In this document: in pieces, positions 48,731-58,906 of the stretch
How the letters are laid out: every line of letters begins with the position of its first letter
Numbering within the stretch: the stretch's first letter is position 1
From: an uncultured delta proteobacterium
Lineage (GTDB): Bacteria; Desulfobacterota; Binatia; Binatales; Binataceae
Reading direction: 5' to 3'
Length of the DNA stretch: 64,000 nucleotides
Assembly (NCBI GenBank): GCA_963794325.1
Contig: CAWCDG010000003.1
Location: forward strand, 320,001-384,000
Notes under the pieces: generated by a model
The model's input: the letters and a program-made list of their open reading frames with translations, nothing else
What the model was told of the DNA's origin: nothing
The model's database searches: none
Made by a program: the position numbers and the translations under genes

Positions 48731-50392
48731 ATGGTTAAGAAGATCGCTGCCATAGCCGGCGGCGTTTTCATCGGCCTTGTTGTTGCGTTTGCACGTGTTG
48801 GCGCGTTCCCGTTCTGGGGTTCCGATTCCGACGCTTCCAAAGCTCCCCCGACCCAGCAAGCGCAGGCAAATGGGGTGCAGCCGCTGCCCGCGCCGCCGGT
48901 GCCCGGAGTCCACGTCGCGCCGCCGCCGGCGCCCGCGGAGCCGAACACGCCCGAGCCGAACGAAAAGGTCGGCGTGATCACCTCCTTCGCGCCGCTCGTC
49001 AAGAAGATGATCCCGGCCGTCGTGAGCGTCAACGTCGTGCAGGATGTGAAAGTGTCCGGCATGCCGTTTGGCCCGCAGGCCGGACCTGGCGACGATAACG
49101 GCGGTGGCGATGAAGATCCGGGCGCGCAGGGTGGCGGTGGAGATCAAGGCGCCGTGCCGCCGGGCGGTGGCGGTGGCGATCCATTCGATCAGTTGCGCCG
49201 CTACTTCGGACAGGGCGGTCAGCGCGAATACAAGCAGCACGGGCTGGGTTCGGGCGTGATCGTGTCGGCCGACGGCTACATCCTGACCAACAATCATGTG
49301 GTCGGTAACGCAGAAGAAATCCACGTGACGCTGCAGGACCGGCGCGAGTTTACGGCGAAGGTAATCGGCAAGGATGCGAAGACCGACCTGGGGCTGATCA
49401 AAATCGACACCAAGGACGCGCTGCCGGTCGCGCCGCTGGGCGATTCTAAAACGACGGACGTCGGCGACTGGGTAATCGCAATCGGCAATCCGTTCAACGT
49501 AGGCATGACGGTGACGGCGGGAATCGTCAGCGCCAAGGGCCGAATCCTCGGCGGCGACTACGACGATTTCATTCAGACCGACGCGTCGATCAATCCCGGC
49601 AACTCGGGCGGCCCGCTGATCAATACCAAGGGCGAGGTAATCGGAATCAACACAGCGATCTACAGCCGCACCGGTGCCAACAACGGAATCGGTTTCGCTA
49701 TTCCAATCGACATGGCGCGCAACGTGATGGATCAGCTGAAGGCGCATGGGCGCGTGGTCCGCGGATGGCTGGGCGTCGAGATCCAGGAAGTGACGCCTGA
49801 CCTCGCGCAATCGTTCGGATTGCCGAAGCCCGAGGGCGCGCTGGTCGCGAGTGCGGACAAGGACGGCCCGGCCGGCAAGGGTGGAATCGAGCGCGGCGAT
49901 ATCGTGCTCAGCTTCAACGGCCATCCGGTGGACGACGAGCATGAGCTGCCGGCGCTGGTCGCGCAGACTCCGATCAATCAGAAGGTACCGGTCGAAGTTG
50001 TGCGCAACGGCAAGCACATGACAATCGACGTTACGATCGGCGAGCGCAAGGAACCGCAGGTCGCGTCGGCCAAGACCGAGACGCCGGGCGGTAACTGGGG
50101 TATGCAAGTCGGCGATATCACGCCCGAGATTGCGCAGCAGTTCCATCTCGAGGGCACCAAGGGCGTCGTGATCCAGAAGGTCGCCCCGGACAGCCCTTCG
50201 GCGGAAGCGGGTCTGCAGCCGGGCGACGTCGTGATGGAAGTTAATCACGACAAGGTCGCGACGGTTGCGGATTTCGTCGCGAAGGCCAAGGATGCGCAGG
50301 CCAATAAGAAGCCGGCGCTGCTGCTGGTTCAACGCGGCGGTGCGACGCTGTACACGGTGATCAAGCCGGCCGAGCCGCAGGGGCAGGGCTGA
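48731..50392 (+). CDS. DegP/DegQ (Do family) serine endoprotease with two PDZ domains
   Basis: LGSGVI, TNNHVV, IQTDASINPGNSGGPL, RGWLGV, two PDZ domains. Confidence 0.95.
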   Translation: MVKKIAAIAGGVFIGLVVAFARVGAFPFWGSDSDASKAPPTQQAQANGVQPLPAPPVPGVHVAPPPAPAEPNTPEPNEKVGVITSFAPLVKKMIPAVVSVNVVQDVKVSGMPFGPQAGPGDDNGGGDEDPGAQGGGGDQGAVPPGGGGGDPFDQLRRYFGQGGQREYKQHGLGSGVIVSADGYILTNNHVVGNAEEIHVTLQDRREFTAKVIGKDAKTDLGLIKIDTKDALPVAPLGDSKTTDVGDWVIAIGNPFNVGMTVTAGIVSAKGRILGGDYDDFIQTDASINPGNSGGPLINTKGEVIGINTAIYSRTGANNGIGFAIPIDMARNVMDQLKAHGRVVRGWLGVEIQEVTPDLAQSFGLPKPEGALVASADKDGPAGKGGIERGDIVLSFNGHPVDDEHELPALVAQTPINQKVPVEVVRNGKHMTIDVTIGERKEPQVASAKTETPGGNWGMQVGDITPEIAQQFHLEGTKGVVIQKVAPDSPSAEAGLQPGDVVMEVNHDKVATVADFVAKAKDAQANKKPALLLVQRGGATLYTVIKPAEPQGQG

Positions 50393-50482
50393 TCGCAAAG
50401 TAAGTCATTATGCAGTTGACGCGGCGCATCGAGGAAATCGATGCGCCGCGTTTGTTTTGATACTCGGCGTCGAGGCTGCTGG

Positions 50483-51718
50483 ATGGAAGGTTCGCGAAAA
50501 TTTGATGTAGTGATCGCCGGCGCTGGTCCTGCTGGATTGGCGACGGCGCAGTTCCTTGTTAAGCAACGGCCGAGCCTGGCCGGGCGAATCGTCGCGATCG
50601 AGAAATCGGCGCATCCGCGATTCAAGGTTTGCGCCGGCGGCCTGATTCCCAAAACGATGCTCGCGCTCGACGAGCTTGGAATCGCGCTCGACGTTCCCTG
50701 CGTCGAAGTGATCCGCGGTGAAGCGGCGACGCCGGTTGGTGATGTCGATCTGTCGCGCGGCGGCGACGTGCTCGCGACGGTGATTCGTCGCGACCAGTTC
50801 GACGCGATGCTAGCGCGCGCCGCAGTCGAAGCGGGGGTCGAAATCGTCCAACGCGATCGGGTGCTCGAGGTTGATCAGGACGCAGACGGCGTGCGCGTCA
50901 GTACCGAGTGCGGCATCTACGAAGCGCGGGTGCTGGTCGGTGCTGACGGATCGGGCAGCCGGGTCCGTCGCGCAGTGTTTGGCGCTCGCAAGGAGACGAT
51001 CGGGCGCGCATTGATGACTGACGTCGCGGTCGATCCCGAGGGCACGCCTGAATTTATCGAAAAGCGCTATCGGTTCGACTTTCGATGCGTGAGCGGTGGG
51101 ATCAGCGGCTATAGCTGGTCGTTCCCGTGTCTGATCGACGGCACACCTCATCTTAACGTGGGAATCTACGATCAGCGCTCACACGAGTTCGCTGAACCAG
51201 GTGGCGAACAAGCGCGAATGATATCCGAACTCGTTTCGGCGTTTCCTGAACTTCGGCTTGACGGACTCAAGCGGCATGCGACGCGATGGCATTCGTTTCC
51301 GATTCGATGGTTCGATGCGCGCGACAGCTATAATCGGGGACGTGTCATTCTTGCCGGTGATGCTGCCGGTGTCGATCCATTGATGGGCGAAGGAATTTCG
51401 TGCGCCTTTGAGCACGGTAAGCTTGCCGCAAATGCGATAGCAAAGTTTCTCGATGGCGATGCCGGCGCGTTGCGGTCCTACGATCGCGAGCTGCATGACG
51501 GTGCTGTGGGAAAAAAGTTGCGCAAGCTCGCGTTTGCGGCGCGTCATTTCTATGGACCACGTCACAAGCTGTTCTTCCGGATCGCGCGCATCAGCCGCCG
51601 CGCGCAGGAAATTGGCGTCGATTGGTACAACGGCGCGCACTATCTCGATGAAGCACCTACGCCGCACCTGGTCGCTCGATGGGCGCGCACGGTTCTATTA
51701 GGTGACCCTCTGCGGTAA
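50483..51718 (+). CDS. FAD-dependent oxidoreductase, geranylgeranyl reductase family
   Basis: GAGPAG, PRFKVCAGG, RRDQFDAML, GADGSGS, GDAAGVDPLMGEGI. Confidence 0.88.
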   Translation: MEGSRKFDVVIAGAGPAGLATAQFLVKQRPSLAGRIVAIEKSAHPRFKVCAGGLIPKTMLALDELGIALDVPCVEVIRGEAATPVGDVDLSRGGDVLATVIRRDQFDAMLARAAVEAGVEIVQRDRVLEVDQDADGVRVSTECGIYEARVLVGADGSGSRVRRAVFGARKETIGRALMTDVAVDPEGTPEFIEKRYRFDFRCVSGGISGYSWSFPCLIDGTPHLNVGIYDQRSHEFAEPGGEQARMISELVSAFPELRLDGLKRHATRWHSFPIRWFDARDSYNRGRVILAGDAAGVDPLMGEGISCAFEHGKLAANAIAKFLDGDAGALRSYDRELHDGAVGKKLRKLAFAARHFYGPRHKLFFRIARISRRAQEIGVDWYNGAHYLDEAPTPHLVARWARTVLLGDPLR

Positions 51719-51752
51719 CATTTCGGTTGGCGCGTGCGGTGGAGGTAGTCAG

Positions 51753-52034
51753 GTGGCGGATCGAGTGCGAGTGGCGTCTTCGCGAAAGCGTGCGGGTGCC
51801 CGGCGGCCGCCGAAACAGAAGCGGTTGCGCCGGTTGGGAATCTTCGGGCTCGCCGCGCTGGTCATGCTGATTTTGGGTTTTTTGGCGAAACGAATAATGA
51901 TCCCTTCCGCCGTCCACTACATAGCGTATCGAGCGCCCGATCAGCCGCAGGCCAATCCGCCCGCGACATCGGAGCAACTCACGCCCGCCGATCAACGCCA
52001 ACTGGACAACATCCTCAAGCGCAAGGCCAAGTGA
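51753..52034 (+). CDS. Small bitopic membrane protein, hypothetical
   Basis: Basic N-terminus, one TM, C-terminal EQLTPADQRQLDNIL. Confidence 0.55.
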   Translation: MADRVRVASSRKRAGARRPPKQKRLRRLGIFGLAALVMLILGFLAKRIMIPSAVHYIAYRAPDQPQANPPATSEQLTPADQRQLDNILKRKAK

Positions 52035-52056
52035 CGATCAGTTGATGGCGGGCTCG

Positions 52057-52881
52057 ATGCAAATTGCGGACGACATGGGTTTTCGCGTCGAGCTTGAGCG
52101 CCCGCCGGCGCGAATCGTGTCGTTGGTGCCGAGCTTGACGGAGACGCTGTTCGCGCTGGGCTTCAATTCCGAAGTCGTCGGCGTCACGAAATTTTGTGTC
52201 GAACCCGTAGCAGCGGTGGCATCGATCCCAAAAGTCGGCGGGACCAAGAATCCCGACATCGCCGCGATCGTCAAGCTCGAACCAGAGCTGGTGATCGCCA
52301 ACGCCGAGGAGAACCGGCGGGAGGATGTCGAGCGTATGCGCGCGGCGGGTATCCCGGTGTTCACGACCTACCCGCGCACGGTGCCGGGGGCCGTCGAATC
52401 GATCCTCCGATTGGGCCGTGCGCTCAGTCGCGAAGCGCAGGCTGCCGCGCTGGCCAAGGAAATCACCTTGAGCGTGAGCGGGATCGAGGCGTCGCTCGGA
52501 GTATGGAGCAAGCTGCGGCTCCGCGTATTCTGCCCGATTTGGAAGAAGCCGTGGATGTCCTTCAACGCCGACACCTACGCGCATGACGTGCTGCGGATGC
52601 TTGGTTACAACAATATTTTTGCCTCGGCGGGCGAGCGCTATCCCGTCACCACGCTCGACGAAGCCGTCGAACTCCGCCCCGATATCGTGATACTTCCAGA
52701 CGAGCCGTATGAATTCGACGAGGACGACATCGCCGAGCTGAAGCCTCTGCTGCCGCCGGCGCTCAGCCGTCGCGTCTTGATAGTCAGTGGGCGCGACCTG
52801 CATTGGTATGGCGTTCATATGGTGCGGGGGCTCAAATCGCTGGCGGAGAGAATGGCGCGAGTCCGCGCCGCGGTTCTATAA
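52057..52881 (+). CDS. BtuF-like helical-backbone substrate-binding protein
   Basis: RIVSLVPSLTETLFALG, VGGTKNPD, PDEPY. Confidence 0.85.
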   Translation: MQIADDMGFRVELERPPARIVSLVPSLTETLFALGFNSEVVGVTKFCVEPVAAVASIPKVGGTKNPDIAAIVKLEPELVIANAEENRREDVERMRAAGIPVFTTYPRTVPGAVESILRLGRALSREAQAAALAKEITLSVSGIEASLGVWSKLRLRVFCPIWKKPWMSFNADTYAHDVLRMLGYNNIFASAGERYPVTTLDEAVELRPDIVILPDEPYEFDEDDIAELKPLLPPALSRRVLIVSGRDLHWYGVHMVRGLKSLAERMARVRAAVL

Positions 52882-52911
52882 TCAGTTCGCCGGATCTTAC
52901 GAGAGGTAAGT

Positions 52912-53289
52912 ATGCTCGCGAAAATCAGTCTGACCGCCGCGTTCTTCCTGATGGCAGCGCCACCGCTTGCGTGCGCTTCGTTTCGTGACGCAGGCCGTCT
53001 GTCATCGACAACGCGCCCGTCGAATCAATCGCCGGTCGGCGTCGTTCTCGCTCAAGATGATCAACAAAACGTCGGCACTTCTGACAACGACAACGATAAC
53101 GATAACGACAACGATTCAACCGACAGTGACGACGACAAGCAGGACAGCGACGACAATCAGGCGGATCAGCAAAATGCAGACGGCACCGATCAGCAAGTTC
53201 CGCCGGCGGTGCTCGGCGGGTCCGACAATGATCGGAGCGATCCGCCGCAAGCACCGCAAAATGTTTATCCGGTGAACCCCTATCAATAG
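52912..53289 (+). CDS. Secreted acidic low-complexity protein
   Basis: GAGAGG RBS, signal peptide, DNDNDNDNDND tract. Confidence 0.55.
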   Translation: MLAKISLTAAFFLMAAPPLACASFRDAGRLSSTTRPSNQSPVGVVLAQDDQQNVGTSDNDNDNDNDNDSTDSDDDKQDSDDNQADQQNADGTDQQVPPAVLGGSDNDRSDPPQAPQNVYPVNPYQ

Positions 53290-53340
53290 TCGCGCGGCGC
53301 TTGCTCACCTGGTTGCACAATAGTCTTCGGGGGATCCACG

Positions 53341-54543
53341 ATGCCCGCACCGCTGGACGGAATCAAAGTACTCGACCTGACCAAGCTCGCTCCGGGACCG
53401 TTCTGCACCATGATCCTGGCCGACCTTGGCGCTGAGGTGATCAGGATCGAGGAGCCGGGACCTCCCACCGGAAGGCGCGCGCAGCAAGCAGGCGCAGCAG
53501 GCACGCGCGCTGGCGCCAATAACTTCAACAGCTCGCCGCACAACGCACTTGCGCGCAACAAGAAATCGATCGGGATCAATCTCAAGAGCGGGGCGGGCAA
53601 GGAAGTTTACAGTCGGCTGGCACAGCGTGCCGACGTGATCGTCGAGGAGTATCGGCCGGGCGTCGCCAAGCGGCTCGGCATCGACTACGAGAAACTCGCG
53701 TCGCGCAATCCACGGCTGATTTATTGCGCCATCACCGGCTTTGGACAGACCGGTCCGTATCGCGACCTGGTCGGCCACGACATCAACTACATTGCCACTG
53801 CCGGCGTGCTCTCGATGTTTGGACGCCCCGGCCAACCACCGACGATTCCGCACAACGTCGTCGCCGACTATGCCGGTGGCGGGATGCAGGGCGCGATCGG
53901 AGTGCTCGCGGCGCTGGTCGCGCGCAACCAGACTGGGCGTGGGCAATACGTCGATATCTCGATGATGGACGGCAGTCTCGCGCTGCTGGCGCAGGCGTTC
54001 TCGACGTTTTTCGCCAACGGCAAACTGCCCAGGCGCGGCGAGACGATAAACGACGGCGGGATTCCGAATTACAACGTCTATCTGTGCAAGGACGACAAAT
54101 ACATTACGATCGCCGCGATCGAGCCGTGGTTCTTCGCCAATCTTTGCCGCGCGCTCGGCCGCGAGGATTTTATTCCGCACGAGTACGACTCGAGCAAGCG
54201 TCCGGAAATCGCGCGGGTGTTCACCGAGACCTTCAGAACCAAAACGCGCGACGAATGGTTCGAGATTCTGAGCAAGAGCGATATCTGCGTCGGACGAATG
54301 CTCACGCTCGACGAAGTGCCGAACGATCCGCAAGTACAAGCGCGCAACATGATCGTCGAAGTCGAAGGCAACGGCGGCCGGAAGTTCAAACAGGTCGGCA
54401 TATCGCCGAAGTTCTCGGATACGCCAGGATCGATCAGGTCGCTCGCGCCGCAACTCGGGCAGCATACCGACGAAATCCTTGGCGAGCTCGGCTACAGCAA
54501 GGAAGAGCTCGATCGCTGGCGCGAGTCCGGCGCCATCAAGTAG
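53341..54543 (+). CDS. CaiB/BaiF family CoA transferase
   Basis: LDGIKVLDL..LAPGPFCTMILADLGAEV, RNKKS, GHDINY, VADYAGG. Confidence 0.93.
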   Translation: MPAPLDGIKVLDLTKLAPGPFCTMILADLGAEVIRIEEPGPPTGRRAQQAGAAGTRAGANNFNSSPHNALARNKKSIGINLKSGAGKEVYSRLAQRADVIVEEYRPGVAKRLGIDYEKLASRNPRLIYCAITGFGQTGPYRDLVGHDINYIATAGVLSMFGRPGQPPTIPHNVVADYAGGGMQGAIGVLAALVARNQTGRGQYVDISMMDGSLALLAQAFSTFFANGKLPRRGETINDGGIPNYNVYLCKDDKYITIAAIEPWFFANLCRALGREDFIPHEYDSSKRPEIARVFTETFRTKTRDEWFEILSKSDICVGRMLTLDEVPNDPQVQARNMIVEVEGNGGRKFKQVGISPKFSDTPGSIRSLAPQLGQHTDEILGELGYSKEELDRWRESGAIK

Positions 54544-54587
54544 TAGCGCGTTGCCCGCCGCATCGAATCACGGTTAAGATTCGAGCT

Positions 54588-55910
54588 ATGCCACAGCCAG
54601 TTCCGATGTTCATGCGCGGCCCGCACGATCCGATTCGAATCGAGCGCGCCGAAGGCCCATGGCTCTACGCCTCCGACGGCCACAAGATCCTCGATGCGGG
54701 CGGCGGCGCCGTCGTGGTGAATATCGGGCAAGGGCGTCGCGAAATCGCCGAGGTCGCAGCGCACACGATCGGCAAGCTCGATTATATTGTGCCGGTCTGG
54801 AACTCAGCTGAGCGCGAGCGGCTGGCCGAGCGGCTAACGCGATGGACTCCGGCAGGGCTTACGCGCTTCTTTTTTACCAGCGGTGGATCGGAGGCGGTCG
54901 AAGCGGCGCTGAAGTTCGCGATTCTCTACAACAAGGCTCGCGGCAAACAATCGAAGAGCAAAATCATCGGACGCCGCTTCTCATATCACGGCAACACCAT
55001 CGCGGCACTGTCAGCGGGCGGGAGCGGAAGGCGCGCCGACTACGAACACGTTCTGCTGGACTGGCCGAAGATCGATCCGACGTACTGCTACCGATGCCCA
55101 TGGGGCAAGACTTATCCGTCATGCGATCTCGACTGCGCGACCGCGCTCGAAAAAGAGATCCTCAAGCACGGTGCTGACTCGATCGCCGGATTCATTGCCG
55201 AGCCGATGATGGGATCGAGCGGCGGCGTCGTGCCGCCCGTCAAAGAGTACTGGCCGAAAATTCGGGAGATCTGCACGCGCTACGATGTGTTGCTGATAGC
55301 CGACGAAGTGATGACCGGTTTCGGCCGCACCGGCAAGCGCTTCGGTGTCGATCATTGGGACGTCGTGCCCGACATCCTGATCGGCGGCAAGGGACTCACC
55401 GGCGGCTACATGCCGATGGGAATGATCGCCGTGAAGGAATCGATGGTTGAAGAGCTTGAGCGGGCCAAGGCCGACTTCATGTTCTACACCTACAGCTCGC
55501 ACCCGGTGGCGTGCGCGGTCGCCGACGAAGTGCTCGCAATCATGGAGCGCGAACGGCTGGTGGAGCGATCGGCAGAGGTCGGCGCGCGGCTGGGTTCGAG
55601 CTTGAAGGAAGAGCTGTCGGGGCATCCGATGGTCGGTGACATCCGCGGCACCGGAATGTTCTGGGGGATCGAGCTGGTCCAGGACAAAGCGACGCGCGTG
55701 CCTTTTGCTCCTGAAAAAAAAGTGACCAATCGAGTGCTTGGCGCGGCGGTTCGGAAAGGGCTGTTCTTTTATCCGGCGACTGGGATGGCTGGAAAGGCCG
55801 GCGGCGACGCGATGATGATCACGCCGCCGTTCATCATCGGCGACGCGGAAATCGAGTTCATCATCCGCACGGCGCGCGCGGCCCTCGACGAGATCCAGCC
55901 TAACCTGTAG
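54588..55910 (+). CDS. Class III PLP aminotransferase
   Basis: SGGSEAVE, SYHG, LIADEVMTGFGRTG, GKGLTGGY. Confidence 0.92.
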   Translation: MPQPVPMFMRGPHDPIRIERAEGPWLYASDGHKILDAGGGAVVVNIGQGRREIAEVAAHTIGKLDYIVPVWNSAERERLAERLTRWTPAGLTRFFFTSGGSEAVEAALKFAILYNKARGKQSKSKIIGRRFSYHGNTIAALSAGGSGRRADYEHVLLDWPKIDPTYCYRCPWGKTYPSCDLDCATALEKEILKHGADSIAGFIAEPMMGSSGGVVPPVKEYWPKIREICTRYDVLLIADEVMTGFGRTGKRFGVDHWDVVPDILIGGKGLTGGYMPMGMIAVKESMVEELERAKADFMFYTYSSHPVACAVADEVLAIMERERLVERSAEVGARLGSSLKEELSGHPMVGDIRGTGMFWGIELVQDKATRVPFAPEKKVTNRVLGAAVRKGLFFYPATGMAGKAGGDAMMITPPFIIGDAEIEFIIRTARAALDEIQPNL

Positions 55911-55952
55911 CTTTTGACGCTAACGTCCTGGCTTTCGTGGAGAGACCGGCAC

Positions 55953-56825
55953 ATGGCCGATAGCATCATCGGGCCGACTTCGCATTACTTTTATTCGCAG
56001 CGGCTAAAGCTGCACTACGTCGATTGGGGCAATCCCGACAAGCCGCTGCTCGTGCTCGTGCACGGCGGCCGCGACCATTGTCGCAACTGGGATTGGGTCG
56101 CGCTCGATCTGCGCAAGCATTTTCATATCATCGCGCCCGACCTGCGCGGCCACGGCGACTCCGACTGGGCGGTCGGCAGCGGCTATTCGATGATCGATTA
56201 CGTTCTCGACTTGTCGCAGCTAATGAGCGCGGTTTCGAGCGAGCCTGCCACGCTCATCGGACATTCACTCGGCGGCGGAATCGTTTTGCAATACACCGGG
56301 ACGCATCCGGAAGCGGTAAAGCGCGTCGTTTCGATCGAAGGGATGGGTCCGCCACCCGGGATGATCAAGGACACGCCCGCCTACGATCGCATGAACAACT
56401 GGATCGGCCAGATGCAGACCCTCGCGCGGCGCAAGGTCCGCGAGTACCCGTCGATCGAGGAAGCTCTCGCGCGCATGATCGAGGCCAATCCGCATCTCAG
56501 CCGCGATCAGGCGCGTCACCTCACGATTTGGGGAATTCGGCGTAACGAGAACGGCACCTACTCCTGGAAGTTCGACAACTACGTTCACGCCACGTCGCCG
56601 TACATGTTCAACAATCGTGATGCGCGCGAAATCTGGGGGCGCATCACGTGCGCGACGCTGCTCATTCGCGGCACTGAATCGTGGGCGGGCGATTGGGTCA
56701 AGGACGGGCGCATCCAGGCGTTCAAGCACGCGGAATCGGTGACGGTCGACAAAGCCGGACATTGGGTGCATCACGATCGCCTCGACGAATTCCTGGCAGT
56801 CGCGCATCGCTTCCTCGGCGTGTAG
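55953..56825 (+). CDS. Alpha/beta fold hydrolase
   Basis: LVHGGRDH, DLRGHGDS, GHSLGG, AGHWVHHD. Confidence 0.9.
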   Translation: MADSIIGPTSHYFYSQRLKLHYVDWGNPDKPLLVLVHGGRDHCRNWDWVALDLRKHFHIIAPDLRGHGDSDWAVGSGYSMIDYVLDLSQLMSAVSSEPATLIGHSLGGGIVLQYTGTHPEAVKRVVSIEGMGPPPGMIKDTPAYDRMNNWIGQMQTLARRKVREYPSIEEALARMIEANPHLSRDQARHLTIWGIRRNENGTYSWKFDNYVHATSPYMFNNRDAREIWGRITCATLLIRGTESWAGDWVKDGRIQAFKHAESVTVDKAGHWVHHDRLDEFLAVAHRFLGV

Positions 56826-56842
56826 CGACATCGGCGCCACTC

Positions 56843-58906
56843 ATGCGACGACCTACACTTTCGCTGCGCACCGATCAGTTCGAATACGTTCAGCTGATTC
56901 TGCTGGCGGTCACCGTCGGCATTCTCGCGGCGCTCGGAAATCTGGGCTTTCGCCAACTGATCGAATTTTTCTCGTGGCTGTTTCGCGCGGTCGAGTGGAA
57001 CGCGCTCGGAATCCAGCACGCCGGATGGCATCGAGCGCTGATCCCGGCGATCCTGCTGAGCGGCGGCGTCGCGATCCTGTTGCTTGACCGCATCTTCCCG
57101 GGAGACGTGCTCGGTTACGGCTTTCCGAATTTCCTCGAAATGGTCAATCTCGGCACCGCTCGACTCAAGCGCCGTTGGATCTTCGTCAAAGCCGCGGGAG
57201 CCGCGCTTTCATTGGGCGCGGGCGCGTCGGTCGGACGCGAAGGTCCGATCGCGCAGGTCGGGGGTGCGATCGGCTCGACTATCGCGCAGCTCAGAAAATT
57301 GTCGCCGGACCGTGCCAAGGTGCTGATCGCTGCAGGAGCGGGTGCCGGTATCGCTACAACCTTCAATGCGCCCATTGGCGGCCTGATGTTCGCGCAGGAA
57401 GTCGTCCTGCTCGGCCACACCGAAATCGCCAATCTCACATTGCTGATCATCGCCACCTTCACCGCGGTTATTACTTCGCGCGCGATTCTCGGCAATGCGG
57501 TCGTCTTCATCACGCCCGAATTCGTGCTGCGCAGCTACTGGGAGATGGCGACCTATGCGCTCATGGGCGCGGCGCTCGGCGCACTGGCCGCAGGCTACAT
57601 CCGATTCTTCAACGCCACCGAGGCATGGTTTCGCCGGCTCGACCTACCCGTCTGGGTGAAGCTCGAGGCGGGACTTGCCGTCGTCGGCGTAATTGCAATC
57701 TGGCTTCCGCAAAACTTGTCCGACGGGTATCCGGTGATCAACCGCGCGATGGCCGGCGAGTTCGGCATCGGAATGCTGGCAGCGATGGCCTGCGCGAAAA
57801 TCTTCGCCAGCAGCGTCTCGCTCGGATGCGGTGCTCCGGGAGGCTCCTTCGGACCGACGTTCTTCATCGGCACGATGGCCGGCGGCCTGTTCCAGCGCAT
57901 CTCTTCGCTGGTAATTCCTTCGCTGACCGGACCTCGCGGATCGTACGCGCTGGTAGGGCTCGGTGCGTTTCTGGCTGGTACCACGCACGCGCCACTGACT
58001 GCGCTGTTCCTGCTCTGGGAGATGACGCACAGCGATACGATTGCGTTGCCCTCGATGATCGCGACGATCACGGCTCTGGTCGTGGCTCGCGCGATCGAAA
58101 CCGAATCGATCGACGAGTTCCGTCTCGCGCGCGCGGGCAAAAAGCTGCAGATTGGCCGCGAGCGGTTGGCGCTCACGCTCATACCAGTCAGCGCCGTCGT
58201 AACCAAGAACGTGACGATGGTGTCTGAAAACACTTCGCTCACGGAAGTTCTGCGCACCGCGGGTGAGACCGCCCAATCGACGTTGCCGGTCGTCGATAGC
58301 GACGGTAACTTCGTCGGGACGATCGTGGTCCGTGATCTGTTGTCGATGATCGGCGGCGGTCAAGAGCTTGGCCCGCTCGTCAACGCATTCGACATTTGCA
58401 ATACGCATGCTCCCACGGTGCCGCTCGACGCGAACCTCGATGAGGCGAGCCAGCTGATGGAGCACGACGGCCTCGACGAGATTCCGGTCGTCGATCGCAC
58501 CACACTGCGGTTTCTTGGGCTCGTGACGGGCAGGCATATTGCGCAAGCGCTCAATCGCGTGTCGGTGTCACTCTCGACGCTCGCGACCCGCGACTCAAAC
58601 ATTTACTGGGCGACCGGCTATCGCGTGACGCGGCTCACGGTTCCCGCTACCGCGGCGGGGAAAACTGTGCGTCAGATCGATCCGCGCGCGCGATTCAGCG
58701 TCACGGTTCTGGCTGTTCAGGATGCGAACAATCCGGACGGCGGTTTCGCGCCGATCACTCCTGACCTCCCATTGAAAGCAGGCGACGAATTGATCGCGGC
58801 AGGACGTCCGCAAGATATTCGGCAATTCACAGCTGAATTGGACAGCGTGGAACCTGTCGGCGCGGCGCGCGCCTCATCTCAGGCGAGCGGATCGGGAAAG
58901 ACGTAG
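56843..58906 (+). CDS. ClC-family chloride channel/antiporter with CBS pair and TrkA-C domain
   Basis: GREGP, AGAGAGIATTFNAPIGG, GGSFGP, HAPLT; two CBS domains; C-terminal RCK_C-like domain. Confidence 0.92.
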   Translation: MRRPTLSLRTDQFEYVQLILLAVTVGILAALGNLGFRQLIEFFSWLFRAVEWNALGIQHAGWHRALIPAILLSGGVAILLLDRIFPGDVLGYGFPNFLEMVNLGTARLKRRWIFVKAAGAALSLGAGASVGREGPIAQVGGAIGSTIAQLRKLSPDRAKVLIAAGAGAGIATTFNAPIGGLMFAQEVVLLGHTEIANLTLLIIATFTAVITSRAILGNAVVFITPEFVLRSYWEMATYALMGAALGALAAGYIRFFNATEAWFRRLDLPVWVKLEAGLAVVGVIAIWLPQNLSDGYPVINRAMAGEFGIGMLAAMACAKIFASSVSLGCGAPGGSFGPTFFIGTMAGGLFQRISSLVIPSLTGPRGSYALVGLGAFLAGTTHAPLTALFLLWEMTHSDTIALPSMIATITALVVARAIETESIDEFRLARAGKKLQIGRERLALTLIPVSAVVTKNVTMVSENTSLTEVLRTAGETAQSTLPVVDSDGNFVGTIVVRDLLSMIGGGQELGPLVNAFDICNTHAPTVPLDANLDEASQLMEHDGLDEIPVVDRTTLRFLGLVTGRHIAQALNRVSVSLSTLATRDSNIYWATGYRVTRLTVPATAAGKTVRQIDPRARFSVTVLAVQDANNPDGGFAPITPDLPLKAGDELIAAGRPQDIRQFTAELDSVEPVGAARASSQASGSGKT

